A stretch of DNA of 64,000 nt from the human T2T-CHM13v2.0 reference genome, Homo sapiens: positions 34,816,001 to 34,880,000 of the forward strand of contig CP068257.2 of assembly GCA_009914755.4 (NCBI GenBank), given 5' to 3'. Positions 35,743 to 49,750 of this stretch are shown in pieces. A model generated the notes under the pieces. That model ran no database searches and had not been told where the DNA came from. It saw only the letters and a program-made list of their open reading frames with translations. Both the position numbers and the translations under genes were made by a program. Numbering within the stretch: position 1 is the stretch's first letter; every line of letters starts with the position of its first letter.

Positions 35743-36534
35743 TAGGGATACTTTAGAGGGGCTATTTTTAGCACATCTTCTTACAGAAATATGTAAGAAT
35801 GATGAGAAAGCGATCAAGCAATACCTTGGAAAAACCACTTCATATTCATTTCACATGGGCTATACTGTGGGGTGTTGGCTCTAAAAATAATATTTTCTTC
35901 ATTACTATTCCAAACTTTCTGTAACTTTCCTTGGGTTATTTTTCAGACTGGCAGGCATCTAGATTTTAAATGTGTGAGGACTTTCTATACCATCCGCATA
36001 GAGTCTTTGATGCACTCTTTCCATGAGAGGCAGAGACGGGATACTTACGTGACTACGACTTATTACTATCATGATAGTTACTGCTTGCTATTGTTATTTA
36101 GGAAAACCAATGTGAAGTATCTTACTCAAAATCACACGGAAATGACACGTTCCATGAATTCCTCCTGTCTCTTTTGGATGAAGAAATAAAAATCTATTTT
36201 TTTATAACAAGAACTGATTCGAAGAAAAGTTTATGTGAATACAAATGAAAACCATGGATGCAGTTAAATGCTAACAGAGGCTATTTTCAACTCAGTAAGA
36301 TTGAATGACCTATTGATTTACCGAAAACTACAAACTTAAGTCACCATGACCACAAAAATTAAAACCCTTTCTGGAGGCATTATCTCTCTCATTTCAACTC
36401 ACCAAATTTCATTAGAATTCATTTAAAATGCAGTAGATCAACATTTAGAAATGAAATGAGTTTCATTTACTTAAATACATGAGTGCCTTTTCAGAGCGAT
36501 TTTTCCCGACAAGACAGTCAGGCAGGTTTGCTAT

Positions 36535-36668
36535 GTTGCTGTTTTTGTTGTTGTTGTTTTTCATTTTTCAAGGTGCAGGTCATTAAAAACTTGTCATCTG
36601 AGATTAAAAAAAATACTAGAAAAGTAAAACAAAACAAAAACAAAAACAACAACAAAAAAACAATACCC
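36535..36668. repeat. (TTG/TTTTG)n ... (CAA/CAAAA)n inverted microsatellite pair with a ~60-bp spacer
   Basis: ttgctgtttttgttgttgttgtttttc ... gtaaaacaaaacaaaaacaaaaacaacaacaaaaaaacaa; the two arms are reverse complements in composition. Confidence 0.7.
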
Positions 36669-36765
36669 CAAAAAACCCAGGTGGACATACAAACATTTCC
36701 TCAAGCCTTAGCTGATTGTTGGATGACTTATGGTTAAGTGTTCTGTGGGAACACTTTATCTAGGG

Positions 36766-37944
<1,179 letters not shown>

Positions 37945-39732
37945 TCAAGTGCAAACACAATCTATAGTAAGTAAGCCATATAGTAATCAAATGACTCAGC
38001 TTCTCCAGGCTTAAAAAGTGTGTGAATTCACTTAGCTCACAGAGAGTTTGGGGGGGCTCATGTCTCCAGCTTGTGTGCAATTGGCTGGGGTATAATTGGT
38101 GACTGACCTTTTCAGGCTGGGTGTCTGGTTTTCTTAAGTCAACATGTCTTGATTTCATAGAGCATAAAAGCCCCAAATTTGGGGCAGAGTCCAGATTTGA
38201 ATAAGGTGACTCAGAAGCCTGCTGAAGCTTTACCTTGGAAATCCAGCAGAGCCCACTAGGCTCCGCCTTTAGTCAGGACTTACAGCAAAATAGAAAAAGA
38301 AAGCAAACCCCAAACAAGCAATAGGACATTGTCACACCTGGCTGAAAACCTTCATGAATTAGACAACTATTCTGTGAATTTCGTAAGCCTCTGAAAATTA
38401 TTTACTTGAGAATTGAACTGGGGATAAACTGCAGTGGTTAAAATGTGTCAAATGAAAACATAAGGCTAAGATTTTCTAATGGTAAGGAAAATACTATTAA
38501 ACATGAGGTTTAAAACTCATTCTCTGTAAATTTAGCCTTTGAAGCCCAGGTGCTCCAAAGCAGTTAGTTGTTAATGATAAGAGTAAAAACAGTCATAGTT
38601 AAAGTTCCAGAGTGTTTATGATATGCCAAACATGTGCTAAGTGCTTCTGTGGGCATGCAATGAACTCTTAAACAAATCGCAATGCGCATTTTGCCATCTT
38701 TATTTACAGATAGGGAAACTGAAGTGTAGAAAGGTTACATAACTTGTCCAAGGTTACGTCTGGGCTGAATTAGGGAGACCAAACAGGAGGTTCTTGTGAT
38801 CTTTCAGGTAAGAGATGCCAGGAGGCCGAGCCAAGGTGGTGGAAATAAAGGTGGGTGCCAGGAAGAGGTCAGTTTCTATATTCAGGTGAGGCTAGCGGGA
38901 TGTGCTGATGGTTTAGCTGCGGGGTGTGAGACACAGGTGCCTAAGGTTATTGTCTTGGGCAACTGGAGGAATGGAGTTGCCACTTATTGAGAGCTTGAAG
39001 AGGGTTGGAGATCTGGGTTTGGAGGATGTGATGATCAATTTTTTGTGTCAACTTGGCTGGGCCATGGGGTGCCCAGATATATGATTGAACACTATTCTTC
39101 ATGTTTCTGTGAAGTTAGTCCTTGGACAAGGTTAACATTGAAAGCAGATTGCCCTCCATAGTGTGGGTGGGCCACACCCAGTCAGGTGAAGGCCAGACTG
39201 GAACCAGAAAAAACTGGTGTCTCCATCAGCTCAGGCTGCCACAACAAAATACCACAGACTTGCTGGATTAAGCCACAGAAATTAATTTTCTCACAATTCC
39301 GGAGGCTGGAAAGTCCAAGACCAAGGTTCTGGCTGCTTGGGTTCCTGGTGGAAATTCACCTGACGTCTTCTTTGCATGCAGGCAGAGGAAATCTTTCTCT
39401 CTTTCCCTTCTTTTTAGAGCACGAATCTCATTGTGAGGGCACCCACCCTCATGACCTCATTGAACCCTAATGACCTCCCAAATGTCCCGTCTCCAAATAC
39501 TATCACATCGGGGCTTAGGGCTCCAACATAGGAATTTTGGGAGAATGCAAATGTTTAGTCCATAACATGCAGCTTCACCTGAGCAAGAAACTCTCTCCAA
39601 CAGACTGTGTTTGACCTTTATTTCCAACATCAGCCCTTCTCAGCTCTATAGCAGGCTGCCTTCCAACTGAAACTGCAGTGTCCGTGATCCTGGGTCTCCA
39701 AACTGCTAGCCCACCCTGCAGAATTTCATTTT

Positions 39733-39988
39733 ATAGATGGGCTCTTGCTATATTGCCCAGGCTGGTCTTGATCTCTCAGGCTCAAGTGATCCTCCCACCT
39801 CAGCTTCCTGAGTAGCTGGGACTACAGGCATGTGCCATCACACTTGGCTAATTTCTAAAAATGTTTTATAGAGATGGAGGTCCCACTATGTTGCCCAGCC
39901 TGGTCTTGAACTCCTGGGCTTAAGCAATCCTCCAACCTTGGCCTCCCAAGGCTGTTGGAATTACAGGTGTGAGCCACTGTGCCTGGCC
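39733..39988 (-). mobile_element. Rearranged Alu-derived element
   Basis: Left-monomer-like segment, then right-monomer middle (cctcagcttcctgagtagctgggactacaggc), then a complete left monomer ending gtgagccactgtgcctggcc. Confidence 0.7.
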
Positions 39989-42175
39989 CACCCTGCAGAT
40001 TTTGGACTTGCCAGCCTTGAGAATCATGCAAGCCAATTCCTTAGAATAAATAGATCTCTTTCTATATAAATGCATATTCGATTGGCTCTGTTTCTCTGGA
40101 GAACTCTGACTGATACAGAGGATGAAGGGCAGAAGAGAGGAATTTTCTTTTGGACTTGTTCAGTTTGAGATGTCTGTGCCTACCCACCTGGGGATAACCA
40201 TGGTTGCATATGTAAGTGCAGGGTTCAGGGAGGGACTGAACTGGAGAAGTCTGTTTGTGTCACCACCGCATGGAGATGGGATTAAAATATGGGATGGAGT
40301 CTCTTAGGAGGGAACGTTAGATAGAGAGGAGCAGGGGCTCCAGGGCTGATTCTAGGAACCCTCCAACATCAGGGGAGGGATGAGGATAGAGGTAGGAAGA
40401 GGAGCCAGCCACGGGCTGTAGGAATGGGCGATAGTGAACGGTCAACCCAGAGGAGACTGGTGAGGGAGGACAGAGCTCCATGTTGGAGAGAGCAATCTAC
40501 TCTGTCAAGTCAAGTAATCTGATAAATCAAGTCATCTGAGCACTGAGAAGTGGTCACTGGATTAGCAACATGAAGGAAATTGGAGACCTTGATAAGCTCA
40601 GTTTCGGCGGAGTTGATTGGAGTGGGTTCAAGAGAGAATAGGGACAGAGGGACAGGAGGGAATGAGCCCAGAGAATTCTTTCAGGAACTTGGACCCTCCA
40701 GGGGAATCAGGAAATGAGGCAACAGTTTTAGGATGGGTTCCAGGGCCCATAGACCTCAGGATATCTGTCAACTCAGCCAGGAAAAAAAGTGACATCTTCT
40801 ATTTCATCTACCTCTCACTGACAATTAGCATTTCCTTCAATCCTGAATGTAGGCAGCCACCTACAGCAATATGACCAGTGCCTGTGCCTTAATCAGCAAT
40901 AGAGACCATGATATTTTGCATCGCATTACAGGCGTTGCAGATACCTGCAAAGGACATTTATCACTCTAACAATTTCAAATGATACTTATAAGATGCTTGC
41001 TAGACCTCATGATGTAATGCATTAATAAGGAAGGTCGTCCATTACTAGGAACAGAATTGCACTAAAATATTTTGATAACTATGTTTTACTATAATTCACT
41101 TCCTTTATAATCCTGCATGTTATGTGTTATATTACACATTTAAAAGTATTGTGCTGAGAAGAATACATCAGCTTCGCCAGATTGCCAAAGGAATCCCAGG
41201 CAATCCCCATCCCGCCACCCAGAACAACACCGATAACAAAAAACTAAACCAAAAGAGTTAGAAACCTCTGCCAGTGGGATGTGTAGGCAAGAGAGGACCC
41301 TTGTTTTGCTGTTGTTTTGAAGATGAGAGGCATGGAAGCATGTTTGCATGCCTGAGGAAATGGTTCAGCGAGGAGGGAAACATCTGTAGGGGCAGTAGGG
41401 ATCCTGTGTGCACATGGAGAGACCAGCTCTGACCAGCATGCAGAGAACTCACTCCAGAACGGGAGGGGAGGCGGGAGCAGGAGGCTGGGGGAGATGTCAG
41501 TGGGCAATAACGCATGTTCTGAGTTTGCTCCAAGTTTCTCAGGGAAATAAGAAGCAACATGATGTCTTGAGACAGGAGATGGGGGAGGAGGTGCGGGAGG
41601 CTTGAGCACAGAGGAGGAGACCATGGTCATCCAGGAGAATGACCGCAGGCCTGGACCAAGTCAAGGGGTCAAGTGCTAGTCAGTGCCGGGTGCAGGTGGG
41701 GCAAGTGGTCCTGCGGGTACCATAGACTATCACGCCGGACAGCCTTTCCCAGCACCATCAACTGCACTGCGAGGGTCCCAAGTGGACAAAGGGCTGGACT
41801 GGACCTGGTGGGGATTTTCCTAGGGGAAAATGATGAAGGCAGACAGCCAAGGGAAATATGCGTGCACACAAAGGTGTGAACATCATGGCGGGCCGTGGCG
41901 TCAAAGCTGGGATGGAGGGACATTGAGGACAATAGAGAAGGTCTGTTCATCGTGGAGAAGTCACCTGGATCAGTGGCTCTCCACCCTCCTGCTGTAGCCG
42001 CAGCCCTTGGAGAGCTTTAAAAAGATCCGGATGCCCTGGCTACCTCCAGAGATTCTGATTCGCTGACTGGGGTGGGGTCCATGCATGGGAATTTTCGAGC
42101 TCCTCTCCCCCACCCGGTGATTCTGATGTGCAGGCAGGTTTGAGAACCAATGGCTTATTTATTTCATTAAAAATT

Positions 42176-42317
42176 ATTTTTCACTCTGTTGGCCAGGCTG
42201 GAGTGCAGTGGCACAATCACGGCTCCCTGCGGCCTTGACCTCCTGAGCTCAAGTGATCCTCCCGCCTCAGCCTTCCGAGTAGCTGGAACTTCAGGTGTGA
42301 GCCACTGCACCCAGCCC
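42176..42317 (-). mobile_element. Alu-derived element, internally deleted
   Basis: Right-monomer start fused to left-monomer end (..agtagctggaacttcaggtgtgagccactgcacccagcc). Confidence 0.75.
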
Positions 42318-42338
42318 CGCTGGCTTCATTGATTTAAC

Positions 42339-42575
42339 TTTTTTTATTTTATTTTATTTTATTTTTTTGAGACAGAGTCTTGCTCTGTCACCCAGGCTGG
42401 AGCACAGTAGGATTACAGGTGCACGCCACCACACCCAGCTAATTTTTGTATTTTTAGTAGAGACGGGGTTTCACTCCGTCTAGGCTGGTCTCAAACTCCC
42501 GACTTCAAATGATCTGCCCTCCTCGGCATCCCAAAGTGCTGGGATTACAGGCATGAGCCACCACCGTACCTGGCC
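42339..42575 (-). mobile_element. Alu SINE with an internal deletion and a (TTTTA)n tail
   Basis: tttttttattttattttattttatttttttgagacagagtcttgctctgtcacccaggctggagcacagtaggattacaggtgcacgccacc... to gagccaccaccgtacctggcc. Confidence 0.85.
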
Positions 42576-43056
42576 TGATGTAACTTTTAAAGGTCCTATT
42601 AGGAGCTTTAAAGAGTCCAAAACGGTTTAACAGAGAGTCATAGTTCAGATGTCTGTTCTGCTGGGCCTGCCTGCTGAGTGCAGGCTCTCTTTGGGATCTC
42701 CTGAGATGGAGACAGGTGTCTCTGGCCTGTCCCTGGAATATTGTCTCACCTACCCATAAGGCTAGGCTCTCCCACTCCCTTCGCTTGAAATCCTCTTCTC
42801 CAGCTACAATCTTACCTTCCCTCCTGTGGCCCTGCACCCTTGCCTTCTGCCATCTAGAAAAAGTGGTTGGGGGGGTGGTTCTTTATTTATCTTGCTGCCT
42901 TCTGGCTCTTACCTTCCCAGAGCCCCACGGAAGCCTGTTCTTACAACCTGGGTCCTCTTCCTGGGACCCCAGCCCACTGTGGGCACTGAGCCTCCCTCAT
43001 TGTTAATCTTGGCCAAGAAGTTACCCCACAGGCATTTATATTTTAATGGATGACTA

Positions 43057-43351
43057 TTTTTTTTTTTTTTTGAGTCAGAGTCTCACTTTGTCACCCAGGC
43101 CGGAGCGCGGTGGTGCGATCTCAGCTCACTGCAACCTCCGCCTCCCAGGTTCAAGTGATTCTCCTGCCTCAGCCTCCTGAGTAGCTGGGATTACAGGCGC
43201 CTGCTACCATGTCTGGCTAATTTTTGTATTTTTAGTAGAGACCAGGTTTCACCATGTTGGTCAGGCTGGTCTCGAACTCCTGACCTCATGATCCACCCGC
43301 CTTGGACTCCCAAAGTGCTGGGATTGTAGGCGTGAGCCACTGCCCTCGGCC
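43057..43351 (-). mobile_element. Alu SINE
   Basis: Poly-T + gagtcagagtctcactttgtcacccaggccggagcgcggtggtgcgatc... to gagccactgccctcggcc; TSD atggatgac. Confidence 0.9.
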
Positions 43352-45292
43352 CATGGATGACCTTTGAAAACAAATCTCCTCCTGGCCCAGGCCCCAAAGC
43401 ATACACTCACAGTGGTGAGAATGATTGGGTGAGTCTTCCAGAAAAGCCTGTGATAGTTTGATATAAAGACATTTAGAATTAATTGGGTCAGGTATGAGAT
43501 TTCAGATTGCAGAAATCCTTGTGTAAGCAAAGGCCTTGCAGCTAAAGTAGTGCATGGCAGGTGTGGCTTAGCCTTTAGACATACACACAGTGGCCAGATT
43601 GTGCATTTGCTCTGAAGAGTACCAGGCCCTGTAGGTTACCTTTGCCTGCTCTCAGGACTTGCTAGATAATTTGCAGAACCCAGTGCAAAATGAAAATACA
43701 GAACCCCTTGTTCAGAAATTATTAAGAATGTCAAGATGGCGTCTGCAGAACATCAAGCCAAGTGCAAGCCTGTCTGAGCACGGGGCTCCCTGTAACTGCA
43801 CAGATCATGTGCCTGTGAAGCTGTCCCTGCCTGCTATGGACATGCTGGGAACTGGACATTGGGATTTTCCCCCCTTAAAACAATGAGTGCATTGAGTTAG
43901 AATGTTGAAAGGAACAGAGACGCTCTTGCAGTGTTCTGTAGAATCGAAAATATGGTTTCATATGTTTACTTTACCTTCATTTAAGTGTAGCCCTGATGCC
44001 TCTGCGAATATCTGCCATGGAAGAGCCTTTTAAAAACAAAGCTCTTGCTGGTCTCCAGTGCCCAAGAGTGGCCGCCAGTGGAAACAGACCTGGTGTTCTA
44101 AATCTCAGTTTTTGTTTCTTTCTTCTTCCAAGAAAGCTGTAGATGAGCATGTGCACTTCCAGGCCTAGAAGGGAACAGCTGCCTCTGGGTGGCTCGCCTC
44201 TTTGCACAAGGGGCTCAGCTCAGAGCTTCCCCTAAGCCTGGCAGGTCCCCCCGACACTTCTCTTGGGAATGAAGTGGACAAAGTGAGTGAATGAGCCTCA
44301 GCTTCTCCTGTCTTTTTATAGAGTCACCCGACAGGGAGAGATAAAGGAGGTGGTAGCAGCTTAGGCCCAGGAGCCCTCTCAGCAAATGGCCCAGAGTAGA
44401 AAATTCCCCACACTATGTTGCTGTTGGTCACCCGGTGAAAAGTCCCTGGCCCTGGCAGCCACTTGTCCTGCAAATGGTGCGAGTGAAGAATCCACAGATT
44501 AGCTGGAAGGAGGAACGTTTGAGTTTGAAAACGCCAAGAATCATTCCTGAACTGGCAAGGCTGGCCACCTGCGTTTTAAAAACACATTGGCACTAGCCTT
44601 GAAAACAGACTTTTAGACTTCTTACTCTGCGTAATGAAAGATCTTTTCTGATATATAGGCAACAGAATGATTTTTTTAAAAACAATAATGGACATATTCC
44701 ATTTTATTGATCTTTACCTAAAAACTAAAAACTAACTGGAAAACAGGAAATATTTAATAGTGACATTTTCATAGCACCAAAGGAAGAATCTACGTGTCTT
44801 CCTTTTTATAGATTTTTCTGTAGATGTCTTAAGAAGCATTGAACCCTTTATACAGATGGGTAAATAAAACACAGTAAGCTTGAGATATGCAAATCAGATT
44901 GGAGCCAGATAAGGATGGGGGCTGGCGCTGGCTTCAATTCTGACTAATCTTGGGCAAGCTGCTCAGCCTATTACTCACTGTCTACACAGGAATGACTGTC
45001 TACATAGGAATAGCTCCTCTGCAGAGACATCTAGAAGATGCTGAGATAATATATGTAAAAACTGACAAGCCCTTTGGGACAGATACCAGCAAATGCAAGG
45101 CGTATGCTATGGAAGTTTTATCATCCTAACAGATAAGCCCGTCCCCAACTCCAGTGAGTGACTGAGAGACACGGGCATGAACGCTGAGCTCAGATGACAG
45201 CATCTTTTCACAGCAGACCTGGGCCCAGCCCCTGGAAGCACACGATGATGAACTGTCCTCTGGTTTCCCAAGACTTCAAAAATGAAACCCAG

Positions 45293-45421
45293 TGATCAAG
45301 AGATGTTTGGCTTTGAACACTGCGGGAATTAAAGCCAGCACCCAGTTAAAGCCAGTGAGGACAGCACTCCAAGGTTTGGGGACGGTCTCAGGACACTAAT
45401 CCTGGTTCCTTTTCTATTTTG
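45293..45421. repeat. Copy 1 of a ~130-bp direct repeat (copy 2 at 47128-47266)
   Basis: tgatcaagagatgtttggctttgaacactgc..aagccagcaccc..ccaaggtttggggac.gtctcagg.cac.aatcc..gttccttttc.attttg. Confidence 0.75.
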
Positions 45422-47127
45422 CCTGGGTCCCTCCTGCCCATCCTGGGAAGCCGTGGCAGCTGTTGGGGATGTGGGGCCCCAGGTAACTGAAGGATTAACT
45501 CACGTCTCAAATTGCATGGCATTTCTCCTCTTCAGCACCATTTTTTACCCTCATTGAGAGAGATCTATCACTTCCCCCCCTCTCCTGCCATGCCAATATG
45601 TGTCTGTGTTGGAGGGCAGGGGTGTATTTAGGGAGCAGGAGAATGTTCCCAAGTCTGGAAACTCGGAACAGTCTGCCTGGCCCTCTTTGCAGAAAAACGA
45701 GGGAGTCCCAGCAGACAGAAGGGGGCAGTGGCGCTGAGCTCCCCGAGCTGAGCTGTGGCCTCAAAACACTGAACAGATTCAGTCCTTCCTCCCAAACAGG
45801 CCTGGTAAGCGATGAAAAGAGTTCTGCCCAAACACTCAGGAACTGGATTATTGTCGTTCCTGGCTCATTAGGAGCCTGGCTGCCCTCATGCCAGCTGCGT
45901 GGGGTCCTCTGGAGGCCACCCAGACCAGCCTGCAGCTTCCTTTCCTGTAGGGGCCAGCACGGTCCCTTCCTCTGGAGAACGCTCGGACCCCTGGCTGCAT
46001 GCACATCTAACCGGCAGGGCCTAAGGGCTTCCAAAACAGATGACTGTCAACCCCAGCCCGCCCACCCCACATCCACAGCTTCACCCCAAACTCACATGCA
46101 GAAAACCTCGAGTCTCATCTTCCTGTTCAGGTCCCTTGCCAGCCGGAGCCGCTCTGGAGCCTGGCTGGACTCCAGCTCCCATGTGCAAGAGGACTCAGCC
46201 GGGACGCTGCCACCCTCCTGCCTTCCCTCTTCTGCCAACCAGACGCTTCCAGGACGGAGTATTTGAGAGAAAATTGTCTAGACAATTACAGTGTTCCTTA
46301 GAATGGCCTGCGTGGGCACACGTGCCACTTGGTTAGCTAGCATGAGAGGAGGTGGCTTGGCCAGAGCAGACATTCAAGACCAACCAGAAATGTCATTTCT
46401 GCACTGTGGAAAAAAAATGCACGATACACCTGAACCTGGGCATCTCCTTCCTAACACGCGCTCAGGATCAAGCCTCCCCTTCCCAGCCTGGCAGGGTTGC
46501 AGGGCGTCCATAGTCCAGCCTACGCCTGCCCAGGCTCTCGGCTCCGGGTCCATTGGCTGTTCACACTCACTTCCCTGTGTCCTGGAACTGCCTGATTGTT
46601 GTAGATTACTAAAAATCCACAGCTCATTCCCTCCTGCGCCCTGACCACCTGCCCACAGCGACTGTGTCCTCCTCTGAGCCACCACCTGGCGGTTGTCCTC
46701 ACACTGCTTTGGACTTTTCTGCTATTGAGTAACTCAGCTTCTCAGCCTTTAGGCTGCTATGGGCCCTAGATGCATGCTGGTCGATTCTGATCAACGAGCA
46801 ACTGCTTTTGTTTGTTTGCTTTTTTCTACAGCTGCAGCTGTGGGTGATTCGGATGGTCTGTTGGTGGAATGTGGAGCTGGACGGGTCAAGGAGCACAGTG
46901 TGGAAAGAGGGACAATTTGCTACAAGTTGGAGATAAGAGACATGGCATACTGTGAAACCAGTGCTGACGGAAGAAGGTGACTTTCTTGGAAGGTCAAGAC
47001 ACTTGCTTGACAGCGATGTCCAGGAGGGCTAGGGAGAGTTCTGCTGGAAGTGAAGGCAGCACCTGAGGGTGGCTGAGGGAACTGGTCAGGGCTGGGAACG
47101 CCTCCAGCCCTTTGAGGAATGATTCGC

Positions 47128-47266
47128 TGATTAAGAGATGTTTGGCCTTGAAAATTGCAAGAATGAAATCTCTTGGTGGGAATGTGTAGCCAAAAGCCAG
47201 CACCCTGAGTGGCTCCAAGGTTTGGGGACCCTCTCAAGGCACAAATCCCAGTTCCTTTTCAATTTT
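47128..47266. repeat. Copy 2 of the ~130-bp direct repeat
   Basis: tgattaagagatgtttggccttgaaaattgc..aagccagcaccc..ccaaggtttggggaccctctcaaggcacaaatcccagttccttttcaattttg. Confidence 0.75.
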
Positions 47267-48929
47267 GAAAATCGTTGTGGGCGATTCTGGAATTGAGAAG
47301 TGTGCTGAGAGCCATGGATTTAACATGACAAGAATTTCCGCCCCTTCGTCACTGAGCACACCGCAAATGCTCCAGGGCCAGGGACTTACTTGGGCTTCTG
47401 CGTGTCTTCCACAGTGTGCATCAATCCGCCGGGCTCTGGTTGGTGTTTAAAAAAAAAGATGCAGCGAAGGAATCTGGTGTGGACAAACGCCCTGGGCATG
47501 GACCAAAAGCCTGGCCCTTGTGTCCCTGGCAATGGGACGGTGAAGGACAGAAAGACAGCACATCCAGTAGTGTCAGGAGCTTGGAGCAGGCATTCGGAAG
47601 CATCTGTTAAATGTTATTGATGGAGGATTGACATAACCCACATCTGCATAGCTTTTTTGGTCTGTTTTTGGAAGTGAACAGTCACAAACAAAAACAACTT
47701 TGGTTCAGGTCATTTATAGGCCCAGATCCTCTATCCTTAGAGGTTTCCCACCAGATATACTATTTCACTATCTATGCCAGGAAAGTTACGTAAAACCACG
47801 CAGAATTTTACCTGACAACGAAATAGACCTTTTCGTTAGATCCTCCACCCCACCTAAAGCAGTTACACAGGCTGAAATGAAACTGTTAAAGGAATGAACT
47901 AACTTGGAGATAGAATCATCGCCTTTGCTGAACACCATTTTAAGAATATTGGAATATATAGGGGTACCAGCATAATAGTAAAATGTGCCCATATTATCTA
48001 TAATTTTATGCTGGGCACTTTTTAGAAATTATTTTTTATAACTTTGTCTTTGAGATGATTTGGCTACAAGTTCATTACATTTAGTTTACAACTGGCTTTG
48101 ATTTCTTGGCATTCGTTGTGTATTATTAGGAAACCCCGCAGAGAGAAAATGTAAACTCCAAATTGCTTTAAAATATTATGATAGTTTTTAGGGATATTAC
48201 ACTGTGACAGTGAATGAAATGGACGTAACGTTCTGTTTTGTAGATATTTTGTGAAATCTTTATTAGTCTTGATTTTCTTTGGAACAAGTCATTCCTGTTC
48301 TGGGCTGAAGCCTGAAAATTCCCTGACCTGTGACCCTGGCCCAAGGCTCCTCTTGGATAAAACAGTGTTTCCTGGACCAGAGGGCAAAGTCACAGAAACA
48401 TGATGTGACGAAATCTAAATAGAAAGGTATTGATTTGTTCTTCGTTCATCAAATAGTTATTGGACTCCAGCACGTATGAGTAGCAGGGAGCCTGGCTAGC
48501 ACTACACCTTCCCCTCCTGCCTCTCAGGGTCAGGGCCACAGGCACACACAGAGCGAGGGAAAATGAGGGGGTAGAGAGGCTGGTCCCGAGTCTCCAGCCC
48601 TTCTCTCCCAATCCTCTCCCTGAGTGGGCAGGGAACTCTTCTCTTGGCTCCTCCAACTTCCATCAACGTCTGCCCTTGGGTCTGGTTTTAAACTCTAAGG
48701 TGTAAATGACTCATAATGGCTCAACATTTTGTCCCTCCCAAGAGGTATTTTTAAGTCTAAGGAATAAAGATTTAATAGTAAAACTTCGAATGCCAATCAG
48801 GGGTAAGTGAGGATTTGGAAGAGGAAGGTCTTGAGCATTTTCCTAACACTGCTAAAATCATCCCATTGAGTTAGGGCAGCAACTATCCTGATGGGCTGGG
48901 TATGATGGAAGTTAGTCAATGTTTCAATA

Positions 48930-49066
48930 GATGGATGGATGGATGGATGGATGGATGGATGGATAGACTGACGGATGGATGGATGGATGGATGGATGGAT
49001 GGATGGATAGACGGATGGATGGATGGATGGATGGATGGATGGATGGATGGATAGATGGATGGATAC
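48930..49066. repeat. (GGAT)n tetranucleotide microsatellite, about 33 units with a few interruptions
   Basis: atggatggatggatgg...atagactgacggatgg...atagacggatgg... It explains the minus-strand ORF 48797-49075, a SIHP repeat peptide. Confidence 0.95.
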
Positions 49067-49577
49067 ATAGATCACCTTTATTCTGATCTCAACTGGTCTT
49101 TGAAGCTTGATTCATTTTTTGATTTCTCACGGAGCCAGACTAGGGTCTGACACATTAGGAAGCTGGCAAAAGTTTGTTGACTAAACAAATTAATGAAGGG
49201 AAAATTATGTATGCAGAGATGCCTGGGGTTTGGGTTACCGTTTTGGGTCCCCTTTGATTTGAGCGACACACATGCTGACAACTTGAGTCTGAAGTTAGTG
49301 GATCCTTAGCTAACTTGCTAGAGTAAAGGTTGTGGTAAAACTTGACCTTGCTCTATTCATCAACAGCATATCCTGTGAAAGTCACGACGCTTCCATGAAA
49401 ACCTTGGTGCTAGGCCTGTGATATCTTTGCAGAGGTCTGACCTAAGGAGACTGCTTGTGTCAATAGTAACAACAATCACAATTGTCCTGAACACAAAGGC
49501 AGCATTCTTTGTGTGCTAGCTGTGGTTTTAAGCATATTACGTCTATTTACTAATTTAATCCTGAAACAGCCTTTGCT

Positions 49578-49750
49578 TTAGGTACTCCTATTAACCTCAT
49601 TTTATGGATGGGAAAATAGACTGTGAGAAGTGAAGTCACCCGCCCAAGGTCATACACCTGTAAGTGGTGGAGGCAGGGTTTGAACCGAGCACACTGGCCT
49701 CACTTCGTGGGCTCCTACCACTACGCTGCCTCATGTTACTACCCTGTATC
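49578..49750 (-). mobile_element. MIR SINE fragment
   Basis: ..cattttatggatgggaaaatagactgtgagaagtgaagtcacccgcccaaggtcatacacctgtaagtggtggaggcagggtttgaaccgag.. is the MIR core in reverse complement. Confidence 0.75.

Noticed and set aside
45507-46266. Overlapping 222-aa (plus) and 175-aa (minus) ORFs in a GC-rich block
   Set aside because: The two frames are mutually exclusive and have no recognisable domain or motif. There is no CpG-island-like density. This is most likely chance ORFs in GC-rich non-coding sequence, and it is listed only as part of the Alu-free segment finding.
48797-49075. 92-aa minus-strand ORF with (SIHP)n repeats; considered a CRISPR-like or tandem array
   Set aside because: It is a (GGAT)n tetranucleotide microsatellite. 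It has no spacers and no repeat-spacer periodicity, and this is a vertebrate genome.
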